A stretch of 64,000 bases of DNA. Origin: Desulfobacterales bacterium. Lineage in GTDB: Bacteria; Desulfobacterota; Desulfobacteria; Desulfobacterales; UBA5852. The position numbers and the translations under genes were made by a program. The stretch is from the NCBI GenBank assembly GCA_963674755.2, contig CAXXVS010000002.1, positions 832,001 to 896,000 of the forward strand, given 5' to 3'. Positions 61,019-64,000 of the stretch are shown here, piece by piece (positions within the stretch are counted from its first letter, which is position 1; each line of letters opens with the position of its first letter). Below the pieces are notes generated by a model. That model was not told the DNA's origin and made no database searches. It saw only the letters and a program-made list of their open reading frames with translations.

Positions 61019-62273
61019 CACCCATGTTTGCATCCCCGCCGATCGCAGCCAGATGGTGCTGGAGCGTCTGCAAAGCACCCTGAATCGCGCTTTCCGCAAT
61101 GTGTCCTTTCATCGGCAACGTTTCCAGGAAAAGGGGATCGACCCGTCCAATATCCAAGCCCTCGACGATATTCGGCGGCTGCCCTTTACAACCCGTCAGC
61201 ATCTCAGTGAAAATTACCCCTACGGCCTGTTTGCCGTGCCCCTGCGCGATATCGTGCGCATTCATACGGCCCCGGGAACCACGGCCAATCCCACGGTCAG
61301 CGGGTATACGCGACAGGATCTCGGCATATGGGAGAGCATGGTGGCCACGGCCCTGCGCAGCTCCGGGGTAACACCCGACGATATTCTGCAGATCAGTCTG
61401 GATCCAGGCCTGGCGACCTGGGGGCGCGACTACCAAAGCGGCGCGGAGACCCTGGGGGCCAGTGTCATCCCCAACACCCTCATGTCCGTCGAAAAACAGG
61501 TCATGGTCATGCGGGACTATAAGCCTTCCACCCTGGTGACAACCCCATCCTATGCCCAGCAACTGGCGGCTCATTTGGAAAACAAAGGGCTGGATCCCAA
61601 CGGGTTCAGCCTCCAGAAACTGATCTTGGTCGGTGAGCCGGCAAGTCCCGAGCAACGGGATTTCCTGGAAGACAAGCTGCAAGTGCGCACCTGGCAGCAT
61701 TTCGGCTTGAGCGAGGTTCCCGGACCGGCCCTGGCCTATGAATGTGAAACCCGGTCCTGCCTGCACGTCAACGACGATCATTTCCTGCCGGAAATTATCG
61801 ATCCTGTTACGGGAGAAGTCCTTCCGATGGGTCACGTCGGGGAGCTTGTGTTGACGACCCTGACCACCCGCGCCTATCCTTTGATCCGGTTCCGGACGGG
61901 CGACATGGCCCGCATCCTGCCCGATGCCTGCGATTGTGACTGCCGCCTGGTGCGCATCGAATGGCGCCCCGAGCGCAGCGACCGGCTGCTCCGGATAAGG
62001 GGCGTCAAGGTCCACGAGCAACAGATCCTCTCCGGCATTGAAAAGGCCCTGGGCATGGCGCCCCAACACGCCTGCATGTTCGAAAACCGCTATCGCGAAA
62101 AGATTTTTCTCGAAATCTGGATTGCCGTGGACAAGGCACTGTTCTCGGACGAAATCAAGATGCTCGAAGCCCGCATGAAAACCGTTCGCGATCAGGTCCA
62201 GGAGGACACGGGGGTTCCGGTAATCGTTCGCCTCAAGGAATGGGCCTCCATCGTTGCCTGCAAATTGGCATAG
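61002..62273 (+). CDS. Divergent second PaaK-family protein
   Basis: Aligns along paaK (YPYGLFAVP..IVRIH, GLSE, DHFLPEII.P.TGEVLP, RGV) but key motifs are altered. Confidence 0.82.
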   Translation: MMEKPDTHVCIPADRSQMVLERLQSTLNRAFRNVSFHRQRFQEKGIDPSNIQALDDIRRLPFTTRQHLSENYPYGLFAVPLRDIVRIHTAPGTTANPTVSGYTRQDLGIWESMVATALRSSGVTPDDILQISLDPGLATWGRDYQSGAETLGASVIPNTLMSVEKQVMVMRDYKPSTLVTTPSYAQQLAAHLENKGLDPNGFSLQKLILVGEPASPEQRDFLEDKLQVRTWQHFGLSEVPGPALAYECETRSCLHVNDDHFLPEIIDPVTGEVLPMGHVGELVLTTLTTRAYPLIRFRTGDMARILPDACDCDCRLVRIEWRPERSDRLLRIRGVKVHEQQILSGIEKALGMAPQHACMFENRYREKIFLEIWIAVDKALFSDEIKMLEARMKTVRDQVQEDTGVPVIVRLKEWASIVACKLA

Positions 62274-62671
62274 ACGTTCGGTGCCGGGCGGATCGGTTAG
62301 CATTTTGCTTCTTGGTGTACATCCATAAGCTGGAATATTGGGCTGAGATCAGGGCGTGGGGAAAATTTAACCGCAGGCATAGCGTTGATATCCCTCGGGT
62401 TCAATCTTTCACGCAACGCCGCCACCCCGATAATTGGCCCTTCATGGATGGACGCACGCCCTATCCGGATCGGCAACCGGCTGGCCAAATCGCTCCGGGC
62501 TTGCCTTCCGAAGGCAGCCGTTCAGCCGGCCGGTTATCGTCGTTTCCTCCATTCCCACAGGCACACTATCACCTCGGGATTATTCTCCATATTTGACTTA
62601 GACCGGATTTTGCGGCTATAAATGAGGTTATAATTCGTAATCTTTCAGACAAAGCTGCCGATGAGACTTTC

Positions 62672-62935
62672 ATGAATGCGAACCAAAACTACTTCCAACT
62701 GATCTGGGGGGCTGCCCTGACGGCCGCGGGTATCGGTGTCCTCGTAATCCTCCCCCACCGCATGGAACAAATTCGACAACTGCGACAGGCGGCACCCTAT
62801 GATCTGGACATGCTGTTCCTGTGGTTTTGCTTCGGGCTGCTTGGCGTACTGCTGATCGGCGGGGGTTTGCGCAAGATTTACACCCATTTCCGAAGCGCTT
62901 CCGGAAGCCGTCCCGACGACCGCGACCATACGTGA
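62672..62935 (+). CDS. Small two-TM membrane protein
   Basis: Two hydrophobic helices; TATAAT-like box upstream (about 62629). Confidence 0.6.
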   Translation: MNANQNYFQLIWGAALTAAGIGVLVILPHRMEQIRQLRQAAPYDLDMLFLWFCFGLLGVLLIGGGLRKIYTHFRSASGSRPDDRDHT

Positions 62936-62948
62936 ATCCCAACTCAAC

Positions 62949-64000
62949 ATGGATGAGATCATGAACCAGAAATCCCAGGAACTCAGGGTCAAAGGATCCG
63001 ATGTCCAGGAGCTCAAATCCGAAGTCGCCTACCGTGACCGACTGCAAAGCATTTGCAATAAAATATATGCCGCCGCCAATCTGGATGAAATCCTGATTGA
63101 TCTCAAAGACGATATCACCACTCTCTTTGACGCCAAACGGGTAACGGTTTTCGTCGTGGACGGCAAAACGCGTCAACTGGTATCACGCTTCAAATCCAAA
63201 GCCGAGATTTCCGAAATCCGGATCCCCATTTCGACGGGCAGCATTGCGGGCTATACGGCCAGCAAACAGATGCCGCTTAATCTGCGCGATGTATACAATG
63301 ATAAAGAGTTACGTCAGATCAGCCCGGATTTGAAGTTCGACCGCAGCTGGGACATGAAAACCGGTTTTCGTACCCGACAGGTGCTGACCTATCCCATCGT
63401 CTTCAAGAAATTTCTGCTTGGGGTGCTGCAACTCATCAATCGCCCCGGCGAAGGCCCTTTCACATCCGAAGACCAGGAATCGGCGGCCAAAGTCGCTGAA
63501 ATCATCGGCATCGCCGTCTACAACCAGAAACGCATCGCCAAAAGCCGCCCCCATCGCTTCAGCAATCTGATCGACAACCACTTCCTGACCCAAAAGGAGC
63601 TCGACACGGCCATTGCCGATGCCCGGCGGCAGAAACTGCCCATCGAGCAAATCCTAATGCGGGATCTGAACATCCCCAAAAAAGATGTCGGCAAATCCCT
63701 CTCAGAATATTTTGGTGTGCCGTTCATCGAGTTTTTTCGCAATGCCCAGGTGCCCGGCGCATTGATGCAGGGATTGCGGATCCCTTTTTTGGAACGCAAT
63801 TTCTGGGTGCCGCTGCGTTCGGAAGGCAACAAGGTGGTCATTGCCATCGACAACCCCCAAGACCTGGCTAAAATTGACGAAATCAAGGCGCTTTTCCCGG
63901 GGCGCGAGCTGGGGCTGTTTGTCGCCTTGAAACCCGATATTCTCAATTTCATCAAACTCTTTACCCAAAGCGATCAGAATCTCGAGGGCATCGACGAGAT
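62949..64000 (+). CDS. GAF domain plus GspE/PilB N-terminal region; runs off the right edge
   Basis: Manual translation: SIAGY...NLRDVY...FDRSWDMKTGFRTRQVL.YPI...GVLQLINR (GAF), then FLTQKELDTA...LSEYFGVPF...WVPL..VIAIDNP (T2SSE_N). The ATPase core is not in the window; alternative start 62961. Confidence 0.75.
   Translation, partial: MDEIMNQKSQELRVKGSDVQELKSEVAYRDRLQSICNKIYAAANLDEILIDLKDDITTLFDAKRVTVFVVDGKTRQLVSRFKSKAEISEIRIPISTGSIAGYTASKQMPLNLRDVYNDKELRQISPDLKFDRSWDMKTGFRTRQVLTYPIVFKKFLLGVLQLINRPGEGPFTSEDQESAAKVAEIIGIAVYNQKRIAKSRPHRFSNLIDNHFLTQKELDTAIADARRQKLPIEQILMRDLNIPKKDVGKSLSEYFGVPFIEFFRNAQVPGALMQGLRIPFLERNFWVPLRSEGNKVVIAIDNPQDLAKIDEIKALFPGRELGLFVALKPDILNFIKLFTQSDQNLEGIDE

Overview
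Chromosomal, GC-rich window that looks like an anaerobic deltaproteobacterium (Desulfobacterota-like; inferred from gene content only). No CRISPR array, prophage or transposase was seen. (1) About 0.4-26 kb: a Pfa-type iterative polyunsaturated fatty acid synthase (pfaD, pfaA with three ACPs, fused pfaBC) whose pfaBC gene abuts a complete oleABCD head-to-head olefin operon. The pfa genes are interrupted by a divergent HTH gene and by a DUF2914 / diadenylate cyclase / cold-shock / Cys-rich / NifU block. (2) About 26-53 kb: housekeeping and signalling genes (xerD, M24 peptidase, receiver-PPDK_N fusion, threonine ammonia-lyase, SPFH-zinc-ribbon pair, orphan ParM-like actin, hybrid kinase, tRNA-Arg(TCT) with a decayed partial duplicate, rpoH, TPR lipoprotein, RimK, dGTPase-like, UPF0280, mutS, amidase, EamA). 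(3) About 54-62 kb: an operon of phenylacetate-CoA ligase, ACT protein, Liv-type ABC transporter and a degenerate second ligase. The most striking signal is missed by the ORF track. A 28-codon Phe/Tyr-rich leader peptide with complete 1:2, 2:3 and 3:4 attenuator hairpins precedes this operon, which implies that aryl-acid uptake and activation are regulated as aromatic amino acid biosynthesis or salvage. All calls are by eye; no database searches or folding programs were run.
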